From positions 1-64,000 of the IMG/VR virus record IMGVR_UViG_3300014208_000033: DNA of 64,000 bases. The stretch is one strand, 5' to 3'. Shown here piece after piece: positions 39,846 to 48,995 of this stretch. The stretch comes from a virus. The position numbers and the translations under genes were made by a program. The notes beneath the pieces are model-generated. The model saw only the letters and a program-made list of their open reading frames with translations. It was not told the DNA's origin and searched no databases. Every line of letters starts with the position of its first letter. The stretch's first letter is position 1.

Positions 39846-40526
39846 ATGTATCATTTAATCTTTTTCTTATTATTAGCAAATACCTTATTTGCTTCTGCTC
39901 CAGCTAACTTATCTGAGAACACATATCTCCCAGCAAATCATATCATTGAACAAGTTATTTTGTGGCCTGCTAAAGCTAAAGGACTTCAAGACCTCGGTCC
40001 TGATTGGCCTGATGCAGAACAACGAACACTTGGTAGTGGGATATTGTTACAGGTTTATGCTTTCAGCCCATCTGCTGTAGAAACTTATTATGGAACTTGG
40101 CATCCACTTCATCACACAACTAGATCAGGTCAGTGCTATTTTGATTTGCATTATAAGATGAACTCAGCAGATACAGGTACAGTTAGGATGACAGCTTCAT
40201 TTTGGACATGTCATCCTGGGACTGACTTAGCCGCACTTGGTGCTGCTACAGCTACAACATCTTGGACAATTGACCCTAGAGACACAGCAGCTTATGACGA
40301 TGCCAACTTCTATGCTATTGCGTATTCTGGCACTGTTAATGGTGGTCAGATGGGGCAGATCAACATAGCTGATCTTGGTCTTACGTCAATTCAAGATGAA
40401 GTAATTTACATGCTTAGGCGAGATGCAACAGACGGAACAAATGATACTCATACAGGTGATCTTGACTTAATTAGACTTGAAGCGCATTATGCTGTGTACG
40501 GACAAATCTTAAGCATAGGAGAGTAG
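39846..40526 (+). CDS. Signal-peptide-bearing beta-sandwich-like protein
   Basis: MYHLIFFLLLANTLFA|; R.A....DT.TGD..L C-terminus. Confidence 0.75.
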   Translation: MYHLIFFLLLANTLFASAPANLSENTYLPANHIIEQVILWPAKAKGLQDLGPDWPDAEQRTLGSGILLQVYAFSPSAVETYYGTWHPLHHTTRSGQCYFDLHYKMNSADTGTVRMTASFWTCHPGTDLAALGAATATTSWTIDPRDTAAYDDANFYAIAYSGTVNGGQMGQINIADLGLTSIQDEVIYMLRRDATDGTNDTHTGDLDLIRLEAHYAVYGQILSIGE

Positions 40527-41591
40527 ATGACTAAGTATTTGATCTTAGCACTTGCAATTATTGTTGGAGGGTGGTGGTTAACACCACTTGAGGCACAGTT
40601 AACTCCTTCAAGAGAGACGGGCGTGTTGAACTGGGATTCTAACAAGTTTCAATTTAGCGTTAGCGGAACACCTGTTCTTACTGTAGCTTCTACTGGTGAT
40701 ATAACTTCTAAAACATTAATAATTGAAAAACAAAATCCTGGGATTGATCCAACTCCATCTACTTCTGGTTATATTTCATGGGTAGATTTAAATGGAATTG
40801 CCTGTTATCCGGTTATGCATATTGTTGGAAACGGAAGTAATTTGGCAATTGGAAGTTCTGCTCTTAAATCAAACACTACAGGAAAAGATAATTTAGCAGT
40901 AGGAACTCAGGCTTTATATTCAAACACAACAGGAAGTTATAACCTAGCCGTTGGAATCTATTCATTAGATGCTAATACAACAGGAAATAATAACTTAGCT
41001 GTTGGGTATAATTCCATGACTCGTAATACCACAGGGTATTCTAATTTAACAGTTGGAGATTCGACAGCGATATATAGTACAACCGGGAATAGCAATTTAA
41101 GTGTTGGTTATAAATCAAGTTACTATAGAACAACTGGAAGTAATAATTTATCAGTTGGCCGATTTTCGAGTTATTATGGAACAACCGGAAGTGACAACGT
41201 AGCAATAGGTGGTTATTCTTTAGAAAATGTTTCTTATGGTATAGGAAATATAGCTATTGGTTATTGTGCAGCAGAAAGTTCTTTAGTTGATGAAGATGAG
41301 GACATAGGTTCTTCGGTTAATAACATTATTGCTTTAGGTGCATATTCTTGTCGTGATGTACCAAATGACGCTAGTAACATCATATCATTAGGTTATTGTA
41401 GTGGGACAACTCCGGTTAGTAATAATGTGTATATCGGCGGTTTCCAAGATGGGGTTCAATATCCTCTTCATCATAACTGGGAAGTCCCTGCTGCTGATGT
41501 TACCGCTGCTGTTGCTACCGCTAGCACTACCAAATTGAAGATCACAATCAATCGGGTAGATTACTATATACTTATGACAACTGTTCCCTAA
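40527..41591 (+). CDS. Signal-peptide-bearing adhesin/fibre with YadA-head-like repeats
   Basis: MTKYLILALAIIVGGWWLTPLEA|; 16-aa NTTG..NLAVG..AL repeats. Confidence 0.8.
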   Translation: MTKYLILALAIIVGGWWLTPLEAQLTPSRETGVLNWDSNKFQFSVSGTPVLTVASTGDITSKTLIIEKQNPGIDPTPSTSGYISWVDLNGIACYPVMHIVGNGSNLAIGSSALKSNTTGKDNLAVGTQALYSNTTGSYNLAVGIYSLDANTTGNNNLAVGYNSMTRNTTGYSNLTVGDSTAIYSTTGNSNLSVGYKSSYYRTTGSNNLSVGRFSSYYGTTGSDNVAIGGYSLENVSYGIGNIAIGYCAAESSLVDEDEDIGSSVNNIIALGAYSCRDVPNDASNIISLGYCSGTTPVSNNVYIGGFQDGVQYPLHHNWEVPAADVTAAVATASTTKLKITINRVDYYILMTTVP

Positions 41592-41603
41592 AGAAAGGAT
41601 TCG

Positions 41604-43853
41604 ATGATGCGTAACTTACTGTTCTTTCTGTTAGTGATCTGTTTTGTTTCTACTGGTTTCTGTGCAGAGAAGCGACCTGATTATCTCGGTGTTAATAAGA
41701 CTGTGCTGAATGCTCAGTCTGTTCCTCCTGTTATTCTTTCAACTCCTGAGGGTATGCTTTGGTGGGATAGCGGTACTCATTCACTCAAAGGCTGGAACGG
41801 TTCAGCCTGGAAGTTAGGCAGCACCGGAACATTCAGTGATATCGAGTTATCAACCATTAGCGCGGCTGATGGTACTCTCGCTTTAACTCTCAGTAATTCA
41901 ACTGCTCTCGCTACTTTTGCTGGTGTGATTGACGTTAGCGATGTTGAAGCTGCCACCGTTTCCGCCCGCGACGGCACCCTGGCCCTGACCCTGACGAACA
42001 GCACCGGGGTCGTGGCCTTCTCCGCTACGCCCACCGGCACCAACCTGGACTTTTCCGGGACGTTGTACGGGCATACCGTCAAGGCCGACCACATCGCAGA
42101 TGAAGCCGGGACCGGCGGGCCGTCGCTCACCAACGGCGCCACGTTCGCGGGCGACCTCCTGGCGGCGACCGACAACGCTCGGGACATCGGCGTCTCAGGC
42201 ACCGAGTTCAAGACTGCATGGGTGCAGAACCTTGACGACGGGGACGGCACGGTCAGCGTGACGGCCATCCTGGCGCCCGACAGCATCGTGAGCCCCGGCA
42301 GCATCCACGGGCACGCCATCGACTCGACCGGCGACGTAACCGCTTCGGTCAACGTCGTGGCGCTGGGCGAGGTGCGGTCGAACGACTACAAGGACGATAC
42401 CGGCCACGGCGGCATGGTGCTCGACGCCGCTGGTGACGCCACGTTCCACAACAACGTGGCCGTCACGACCATGCTCGACACGCCAGACATCGAGACGGCC
42501 ACCGTGAGCGCCCGTGACGGCACCCTGGCCCTGACCCTGACGAACAGCACCGGCAACGTGGCCTTCTCCGCTACGCCCACCGGCACCAACCTGGACTTTT
42601 CCGGGACGCTGTACGCCCACACTGTGCAGGCCGACCACCTGACGAACGAGGCGGGCAACGGCGCACCGTCGAGTAACTTTAGCGGCGGGACCGGCAACGA
42701 GTTCTGGGGGGATACGGCCGGGTTGTCCTCGACAGCAGTCTACAGTACCGCGCTTGGTGGCTATGCGCTTAGGTCAACGAACGGCGACCACAACACTGCC
42801 GTTGGGCACCAATCCCTCAATGCGTCTGACGGCTCCTACAATTCGGCATTCGGCCGGATGGCACTTGAGTCGTCGCCGGGTAGCAACAACACCGCTGCCG
42901 GCTACTACGCGCTGCGTGACTCCACCGGCAGCGACAACACCTGTTTCGGCGTAAACTCCGGGACATCGGTGGTCGGTTCCAGCAACTCTAGCGTGGGCAG
43001 GTATGCGCTCAACAAGGTGACGGGAAGCGAAAACACCGCCCTGGGCTGGGGGGCCCTTTCGGAGTCAAACGGCAGCTACAACGTGGCGGCCGGCTCAAGT
43101 GCGATGAACACCTCGCCCGGTTCCAACAACGTCTCCATAGGCACGAAGTCCCTTTACTTCGCCGCAGGCAGCAACAACGTAGCCGTCGGGCACAGGGCAC
43201 TGGAGAAGGCCCCCGGGAGTAACAACACGGTCGTCGGGTACCATGTGGCAGAGCCGGCATACCGTACCGTCAACTACCTAGCCGCCCTGGGCTCGATGGC
43301 ACTGGAGGACGTCACCACCGGGGCGAGCAACCTTGCTGCCCTGGGCTACATGGCTGGCCACACCGCTACCAACCAGACCAACCAACTCTACCTCGGCGGC
43401 TGGGATGGCGGCACGCAGTACCCCCTGACGCTCAACTGGGAAACGACTGCCGTGAGCGCGAGCCTCGGTGTGCGTGTGTTCGTGAATCGCACCGAGTACA
43501 TACTTCCGCTGATGAGCACCGCAGGAACGCTTACGACCACGGGGCAGTTCGTCACGCCGAAGAAATCCGACCTCACCATCGCCACCGCTGCGATCACCGT
43601 GACCGGCGCATACCACACGATAGCGGCAGAGGGCGGCGTGGCTGACACGCTGAGCACCATCAACGGCGGCGTGGACGGCTCGCGCGTGCTGCTGCGCGGC
43701 GCGGCGGCGGTGGCTATCACGGTGGACGAGGCGGGGAACATCCTCGTGCCGGGGGCGTCCATCACCATCGACAACACGGGAGATACGGCAGAGTTCATCT
43801 ACTCGGGCGGGATTACCAAGTGGGTCATGATCAGCGCAGCGGATAACAACTAG
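41604..43853 (+). CDS. Signal-peptide-bearing long fibre/adhesin with YadA-head-like repeats
   Basis: MMRNLLFFLLVICFVSTGFCA|; 15-aa GS.NTA.G..AL repeats. Confidence 0.8.
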   Translation: MMRNLLFFLLVICFVSTGFCAEKRPDYLGVNKTVLNAQSVPPVILSTPEGMLWWDSGTHSLKGWNGSAWKLGSTGTFSDIELSTISAADGTLALTLSNSTALATFAGVIDVSDVEAATVSARDGTLALTLTNSTGVVAFSATPTGTNLDFSGTLYGHTVKADHIADEAGTGGPSLTNGATFAGDLLAATDNARDIGVSGTEFKTAWVQNLDDGDGTVSVTAILAPDSIVSPGSIHGHAIDSTGDVTASVNVVALGEVRSNDYKDDTGHGGMVLDAAGDATFHNNVAVTTMLDTPDIETATVSARDGTLALTLTNSTGNVAFSATPTGTNLDFSGTLYAHTVQADHLTNEAGNGAPSSNFSGGTGNEFWGDTAGLSSTAVYSTALGGYALRSTNGDHNTAVGHQSLNASDGSYNSAFGRMALESSPGSNNTAAGYYALRDSTGSDNTCFGVNSGTSVVGSSNSSVGRYALNKVTGSENTALGWGALSESNGSYNVAAGSSAMNTSPGSNNVSIGTKSLYFAAGSNNVAVGHRALEKAPGSNNTVVGYHVAEPAYRTVNYLAALGSMALEDVTTGASNLAALGYMAGHTATNQTNQLYLGGWDGGTQYPLTLNWETTAVSASLGVRVFVNRTEYILPLMSTAGTLTTTGQFVTPKKSDLTIATAAITVTGAYHTIAAEGGVADTLSTINGGVDGSRVLLRGAAAVAITVDEAGNILVPGASITIDNTGDTAEFIYSGGITKWVMISAADNN
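41952..42638 (+). repeat. ~140-bp intragenic direct repeat (41952-42092 and 42498-42638)
   Basis: ATVSARDGTLALTLTNSTG.VAFSATPTGTNLDFSGTLY.HTV.ADH occurs twice, near-identical DNA. Confidence 0.9.
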
Positions 43854-43974
43854 CCCCCAACGAGGGGAACGCATCTGTAAGATCGTAACGGATGACCGTT
43901 GCTGAGATTACGAATTTTCGGAATGTGGTAAGAAATGGGAACACATTAAAAGCGTAACTGATAAGGAGATCAAA

Positions 43975-44079
43975 ATGAGTGTTGTTGATCATGGCTCGCA
44001 GGGTATCGTGAAGTTCGTTGTGGTCGTGTTGGCTGTTATGGCTTGTCTCTATTTCTACTTCGGCTATCTTCCTAAGTAG
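43975..44079 (+). CDS. 34-aa single-TM peptide
   Basis: AAGGAG RBS; MSVVDHGSQGIVKFVVVVLAVMACLYFYFGYLPK. Confidence 0.6.
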   Translation: MSVVDHGSQGIVKFVVVVLAVMACLYFYFGYLPK

Positions 44080-44097
44080 TTAGTAGAACATTAAACA

Positions 44098-44127
44098 TCT
44101 CCCGGTAGGACTAACACTACCGGGAGA
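44098..44127 (+). terminator. Hairpin TCTCCCGGTAG...CTACCGGGAGA
   Basis: 11-bp stem. Confidence 0.6.
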
Positions 44128-44146
44128 AGTAGAAAGGTAAAAGGAG

Positions 44147-44515
44147 ATGATAGACCAAGAAGTAATTAGTCTAATAAACACTTTCATGAATAGATTAGAA
44201 AAAATGAATGATCGATTTGCAGAAGATGATAAAGTGATGGCTGAAAAAATAGCTGATATTAGTAAGAACTCAGCTTTAACTGCACAAGCTCTTGCTGTTA
44301 TGCAGACAACTCATGTTAGTTGCATGGCGTTAAGAGAAAAAGAAGCTATCGCTAAAGCAGCGGCAGAAAAAGATAAAGCTGAAGAAGATAAGAAGAATAC
44401 TGACTTCAGAGAGAAACATGAATTGTATGGATCATTGAAAATGAAGTTTGTGAACATTGCTGGTTCACTTGTTCTTATGGTTATTGGTGCGCTACTTGGA
44501 AAGTATCTTGGATGA
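44147..44515 (+). CDS. Coiled-coil protein with C-terminal TM (XhlA/holin-like)
   Basis: Architecture and position in the lysis region. Confidence 0.55.
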   Translation: MIDQEVISLINTFMNRLEKMNDRFAEDDKVMAEKIADISKNSALTAQALAVMQTTHVSCMALREKEAIAKAAAEKDKAEEDKKNTDFREKHELYGSLKMKFVNIAGSLVLMVIGALLGKYLG

Positions 44516-45375
44516 TAGAAGAAAAAGCACCCTCACTTGACCAAATGATTGATGGTCTTGATAAGACAAAAGAACTACATGAGTCCATCGAGAAACGACC
44601 TGTCCACTTTGAGATTTACGAAAAATCGGAACAGGCTATATGGATTTTCTTATCTGACTTACACCTTGGCGCAAGAGGGGTGGATTACAAATACTTCAAG
44701 TCGATAGTAACTCTCTTGCGGAAGAACCTTAATATTAAGGTAGCTATGGTTGGAGACTTGTATGATAACTTCCTTCATTTCGTGTCTTTACGAGGAGCTA
44801 ATGACTCTGTTGCCCCTCCTTCAGTTCAGATAGATATGATAATGTCTTTTCTTGAGGAACTTGATGCTAGAGATCAGCTTCGTATAGTTGGTCTTGGTAA
44901 TCATGATTTGATCCGAGAAGAAAAAGCAGTTGGGTATTCAGTCATAAAGAAGATATCAGATTCATCGATTAGATCGAAGATACTTGAGGGTAAAGGCAGA
45001 ATAGCTCTTTCAGTTGGTAAAGATAAGAAGTCTGCTGAGTTGTATCAGATCATCATGACTCATCAAGCTGCTGGTCATTCGATTTATAACCCAGTTCATG
45101 GCGCGATGAGAATTGCTAGAATGGAAGGGCACCCTGACGTAGTAGTTACTGCCCATACTCATAATCCAGCTATGATGATCTACAAAGAAGCTGGTAAAGA
45201 TATCATAGCCATTAAGTGCGGAACGTTCAAGACTAAAGACGCCTACTCTGAGTATTTCTATTGTAACGGTAAGATCGGCATACCGTGCATTGTGTTCTGT
45301 TCACATGAGCATAAGATGATACCGTTTGGAAACCCCGAAGACTTATTGGTTTATATGAGGGGAATGAAGAAATGA
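44512..45375 (+). CDS. Calcineurin-like metallophosphoesterase
   Basis: SDLHLG, GDLYD, GNHD, HTH. Confidence 0.88.
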   Translation: MIEEKAPSLDQMIDGLDKTKELHESIEKRPVHFEIYEKSEQAIWIFLSDLHLGARGVDYKYFKSIVTLLRKNLNIKVAMVGDLYDNFLHFVSLRGANDSVAPPSVQIDMIMSFLEELDARDQLRIVGLGNHDLIREEKAVGYSVIKKISDSSIRSKILEGKGRIALSVGKDKKSAELYQIIMTHQAAGHSIYNPVHGAMRIARMEGHPDVVVTAHTHNPAMMIYKEAGKDIIAIKCGTFKTKDAYSEYFYCNGKIGIPCIVFCSHEHKMIPFGNPEDLLVYMRGMKK

Positions 45376-45866
45376 AATTCATGGAGATCAAGGAGATTGA
45401 AGAAACTTACGGTAAAATCGAATATGATAATCTTGATGGTGGTTGGGTTAGAATAACTAACTCATTTGAGAAGCTTAACATCATCAGGAAAGACTTCCCG
45501 TTGGTTGGTAAGAAAGCAGTTCATAAACTGATAGTTCCTGCATTGAACAAAGCGTTGCATGTCATAGAGCGAAGTTCGATGTTCGATACTAACTTTGAGT
45601 ACATCGTAGATTTCCAGACATTCGCTCCTAGACATGTGATGAATAACCCTAAAGCTAGATTATCCTGCCACTCATACGGTATAGCCTTTGATATCAACCC
45701 TAGCGAAAATATGCCGGGGGTGAAAGACTATAAGATACCTAAAGTCATCGTAGATACATTTGAGAATGTTGGGTTCATATGGGGTGGCAGAATGAAAATA
45801 AAAGACTGGATGCATTTTGAGGTGTCCAGAGAGTTCATTGATTTTGCTGAACGTTGGAAAGGCTGA
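45372..45866 (+). CDS. Endolysin, M15 family peptidase
   Basis: R...LSCHSYGIAFDINP...WGG...DWMHFE. Confidence 0.88.
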   Translation: MKFMEIKEIEETYGKIEYDNLDGGWVRITNSFEKLNIIRKDFPLVGKKAVHKLIVPALNKALHVIERSSMFDTNFEYIVDFQTFAPRHVMNNPKARLSCHSYGIAFDINPSENMPGVKDYKIPKVIVDTFENVGFIWGGRMKIKDWMHFEVSREFIDFAERWKG

Positions 45867-45870
45867 TTTA

Positions 45871-46188
45871 ATGGGCTTCCGTGATATCTACGTTCAGTTC
45901 ATGGAAGAGAAACGAAAAAAGACTGAGATAGCTAAGAAGAAGAATCAAGAGAACACATTAGAAAAGATACGCAATGAAAGTAATACCAAAAAGAAGGAGG
46001 ATCAAAACAAGAGGTTAGAGAAAAGTAGAGGAACGGGTAAACAGAAAAAGAAGAAGCGAAAGATGATCGAGTGCTTTGAGTGTGGTGGCTCTGGTGTTGG
46101 TGACAACGAAGTGATCTGTCAAGAATGTGGCGGGTCTGGTCTGAACAAAGAAAGGGTTGAAGAAAATGGATTGGCAGAAAATCGCTGA
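45871..46188 (+). CDS. Basic protein with DnaJ-type CxxCxGxG zinc finger
   Basis: CFECGGSG...CQECGGSG. Confidence 0.65.
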   Translation: MGFRDIYVQFMEEKRKKTEIAKKKNQENTLEKIRNESNTKKKEDQNKRLEKSRGTGKQKKKKRKMIECFECGGSGVGDNEVICQECGGSGLNKERVEENGLAENR

Positions 46189-46636
46189 GTATTTTCTCCC
46201 GGCGCTTCTGGCACTTGTGTATACTCTTGCTGCCAAGTATGCTAGTGGTGCTGTTGGCAATTTACTTGAGAAGGTTGTTGAGCTTCTGATTAGCGCAAAG
46301 ATGAAGGTTAATGAGAACAAAGTCCTTGCGTTCACGAAGTTCGATGATTATATCTTCGATAAGATTAGTTCAGTGGTGCTCGCGGTGAAAGACTCTTATG
46401 TTGACGATATCAAGGCGGCTTCGGCTGATGGGAAACTCACTGAGGTCGAGGCTAAGGCAATTACTGAGAAAGCCATTGAGATGTTCAAGGCGTCACTCAC
46501 TAAGGACGAGTTGAAGAATCTCCAGAGTGTTGTCGGTGACGATATCAAGGCTTATCTCGCTAGCAAAATTCCTCAGGTGTACTCACAGGTTAAGTCGGCT
46601 ATGAAGGCTGATGTTCCTGTGGTCCCTCAGGCGTAG
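46166..46636 (+). CDS. Holin-like protein
   Basis: N-terminal TM segment; YVD.IK....DGKLT..E pattern seen in phage holin-region proteins. Confidence 0.6.
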   Translation: MDWQKIAEYFLPALLALVYTLAAKYASGAVGNLLEKVVELLISAKMKVNENKVLAFTKFDDYIFDKISSVVLAVKDSYVDDIKAASADGKLTEVEAKAITEKAIEMFKASLTKDELKNLQSVVGDDIKAYLASKIPQVYSQVKSAMKADVPVVPQA

Positions 46637-46662
46637 CAACGGTTGGGGGCGCCGCGTTACAA

Positions 46663-46971
46663 GTGGCGGCTGCTGTTGCTACTACAGCCCTTGAGGATAG
46701 AGACTTAGTAGGTGAGTTCAAAAATAGGTTATCTACTAAAACTGCTGAGTATAGGCAGAACATCAAAACTGGAAAAGGTATGACCGGAGCTATCATTGAT
46801 GCTGCAACTGGTATCCCTGCTTCGATAGGTAAAGTCAGGTCAGCCCCGAAGAAGCACAGACCCTTAGTTGCCTTACGCGAGGCTGGTAGACTTTACGGGA
46901 GAATTCAGTTAGGCCCTTTGTGGTTTTTAGGTGAAGCGATTACTAAAGCTCTCAGAAAAAAACGTCGGTAA
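46663..46971 (+). CDS. Hypothetical protein
   Basis: Last ORF before the terminator; start uncertain. Confidence 0.45.
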   Translation: MAAAVATTALEDRDLVGEFKNRLSTKTAEYRQNIKTGKGMTGAIIDAATGIPASIGKVRSAPKKHRPLVALREAGRLYGRIQLGPLWFLGEAITKALRKKRR

Positions 46972-47013
46972 AAAATTAACCCCCCAGGCCATTCGGCTGC
47001 CTGGGGGGTTTTT
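46970..47013. terminator. Bidirectional terminator between convergent blocks
   Basis: AAAAA..AACCCCCCAGGC...GCCTGGGGGGTTTTT. Confidence 0.85.
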
Positions 47014-47014
47014 C

Positions 47015-47272
47015 TTACGTCTTACGCTCTTTGTCATATTCTCTTATGACGAGCATCATTCTCTTACCGCACTTGGTACAGTCCTTACGCTCTATCTTCG
47101 TCATAAGAGTATCTAGGCTTTCCTTGAGGCTACGCACCTTACACTTACGGCACACATGAAAGTAGTCTATGACGTAGCGCCGCTTGGTGATGTTTTTACG
47201 AATTTTCGGAGCGGCTGAAAGTGATGGAACAGTCTCAAACTTGGTGCGCTTCGTGAGTTTGTTCTTCTTCAA
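47015..47272 (-). CDS. Basic Zn-ribbon protein
   Basis: CRKC...CTKC. Confidence 0.6.
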   Translation of the reverse strand: MKKNKLTKRTKFETVPSLSAAPKIRKNITKRRYVIDYFHVCRKCKVRSLKESLDTLMTKIERKDCTKCGKRMMLVIREYDKERKT

Positions 47273-48588
47273 GTAGTTGCCGCCTTAGCCATGAGCATTC
47301 CAGTTACAGCAGCAGAAACTATTGACCCCGAAAGTCCAGCACCGTCACCGATGAAGTAATACCCCTTAGCGATCTTCGATTCAAAGTTCTTATCAACGTC
47401 GAGCTTAAGAGCCTGGAATTTGATCTCAGGTCCGTAGAGTAAAGTGTTGTTACCATCGTTAATCCCAGGAGCAAGATGATCAAGACGAGAGAGGTAATCT
47501 TCGATAGCTGACGTGATGGGATGATGAAACCCTAAGTGAATATCTCCAGGTATGCAGTTCTTGAAAGTGCGCTTCACATTTGAGAGATTCAACCTGTAAG
47601 TGTTAGTCCTCTTACGGTTACGGAAATCCTCTAACCTCTGCACGATTGGAGAGCCACCACCAAGGATATCAAACAGCTTCGCAATACCCTTTGCGTATTC
47701 GGTCGTGTTACTGCATGGCTTAGTAAGAGCCATCTTTACAAGAATAGCGAAATTACAGTTCTTGCTTTTCTTGTTAGCACAAGCATGACCGTTGACAAGA
47801 TTGAATCCATCGTGACGTTCGTTAACAACAAAACCGAGAGGATTAACACAATAAGACCTGACGTTATAATCACCGTACTGAGATGAAATCTTGAAGCAGT
47901 ATTGGATATCAGTAAGTGGTTTGGTGATTTCATCAAGAGTCTCTAACCTGATTCCCATGTCAATAGGTCGATGAGTGCCAGTAACAAGATTATCGCATAT
48001 TGCATAATCAATAGTCTTGAAACCGCACCGACCAACAGCATAGACTGTTTTCTTAGCGAATTCTCTAGTTTGAGTACACAATGAATTGTTGTTAAATAAC
48101 ATAGTAACACCAAGAGACTTCAACTCTTCTTCAGCGTTCTTCATGGTGTTGACCATCTTATCAGAACCAATGTGCATCTCATTGAACGTCGTGAGCTTCA
48201 TCCCATACTTCAAGCAGTTATACGCAAGAGTTTCCTTGGCTTGGGATGACTCAACGATTGGAGTTACACCAGACCATTCAATGAATTGGCGCTTCACTTC
48301 TGAGATACATTCGTTGATCGTTTTCTCATCAGCGTATTCGTAAAGGTCACAGCCACTCTGTGCTGAGAAGATAAGTTTACCGTCTGACTTACCACCAGCA
48401 CCACCGAACCCGCTCAAGATGTTACAAGGGTTACACTTACATTCAGAATTTTCTGAACCCTTGTGGCAGATACGCTTATCGATTGGATTACCCTTGTCGA
48501 TGATTATGACTGACTTACCGGCTCTTGCTAAGTGTAATGCAGCAAAGATACCAGCAGGACCAGCACCAACGATACAATAGTCTTTCAT
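47269..48588 (-). CDS. FAD-dependent oxidoreductase (COG2509-like)
   Basis: IVGAGPAG, GFGGAG..SDGKL, HIGSD, VRSYC.NP.G.V, VNGH, YGPEIKF, GDGAG. Confidence 0.88.
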   Translation of the reverse strand: MKDYCIVGAGPAGIFAALHLARAGKSVIIIDKGNPIDKRICHKGSENSECKCNPCNILSGFGGAGGKSDGKLIFSAQSGCDLYEYADEKTINECISEVKRQFIEWSGVTPIVESSQAKETLAYNCLKYGMKLTTFNEMHIGSDKMVNTMKNAEEELKSLGVTMLFNNNSLCTQTREFAKKTVYAVGRCGFKTIDYAICDNLVTGTHRPIDMGIRLETLDEITKPLTDIQYCFKISSQYGDYNVRSYCVNPLGFVVNERHDGFNLVNGHACANKKSKNCNFAILVKMALTKPCSNTTEYAKGIAKLFDILGGGSPIVQRLEDFRNRKRTNTYRLNLSNVKRTFKNCIPGDIHLGFHHPITSAIEDYLSRLDHLAPGINDGNNTLLYGPEIKFQALKLDVDKNFESKIAKGYYFIGDGAGLSGSIVSAAVTGMLMAKAATT

Positions 48589-48591
48589 TGT

Positions 48592-48816
48592 TTAATCGCA
48601 ATCTTCAGTAATTACTAATTGGTATTTGAAACCATGTTCTCTACAGATTTTTACTATCTGAGAGATTTTGTAATCCTTCGTTTGTATCTTCCTTAAGTTG
48701 AACTTGTTTATATCCTCACTGAAGTCTAACTTCATTTTCTCAATCCAATACTCATCGGTACTCTCGGCTTCCTCTTGTAATTTCTTGAATGACTTGTAAT
48801 CGAATTTCTTTTTCAT
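48592..48816 (-). CDS. Hypothetical protein
   Basis: TGATG coupling. Confidence 0.55.
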   Translation of the reverse strand: MKKKFDYKSFKKLQEEAESTDEYWIEKMKLDFSEDINKFNLRKIQTKDYKISQIVKICREHGFKYQLVITEDCD

Positions 48817-48995
48817 CAGTATTCATACCACCAGTCTTTACCTTTTAGGATGCCTTTAAGGAAAGCAACTTGTTCTTCCAGTGTCTTAAAGTTTCCAATC
48901 AATTCACGAACTTGATTTCTGAACTCATCAACGAACGGGAAGTTTCTATTTGATGGAGAATTGGCTTCTGCAATCTGATCTATCAACTCTTTCAT
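48816..48995 (-). CDS. Hypothetical protein, 59 aa (MKELIDQIAE...)
   Basis: Fills the gap with ATGA and TGATG overlaps. Confidence 0.55.
   Translation of the reverse strand: MKELIDQIAEANSPSNRNFPFVDEFRNQVRELIGNFKTLEEQVAFLKGILKGKDWWYEY

Noticed and set aside
26541-40529. TAG stop-codon reassignment: several TAG stops are followed in frame by the next ORF (26543, 36861, 40526, also 6565), and one tRNA has CUA in its loop
   Set aside because: Each downstream ORF has its own SD-like sequence, conserved genes are full length under the standard code, coding density is already high, and the CUA is off-centre in the loop.
41952-42638. Diversity-generating retroelement TR/VR pair
   Set aside because: Both copies are in frame in one gene, differences are mostly synonymous rather than adenine-specific, and no reverse transcriptase is seen in the window.
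38199-43853. Classical trimeric autotransporter morons
   Set aside because: No C-terminal membrane-anchor barrel or terminal aromatic residue is evident, and the genes are embedded in the late tail operon; kept instead as an unexplained finding.
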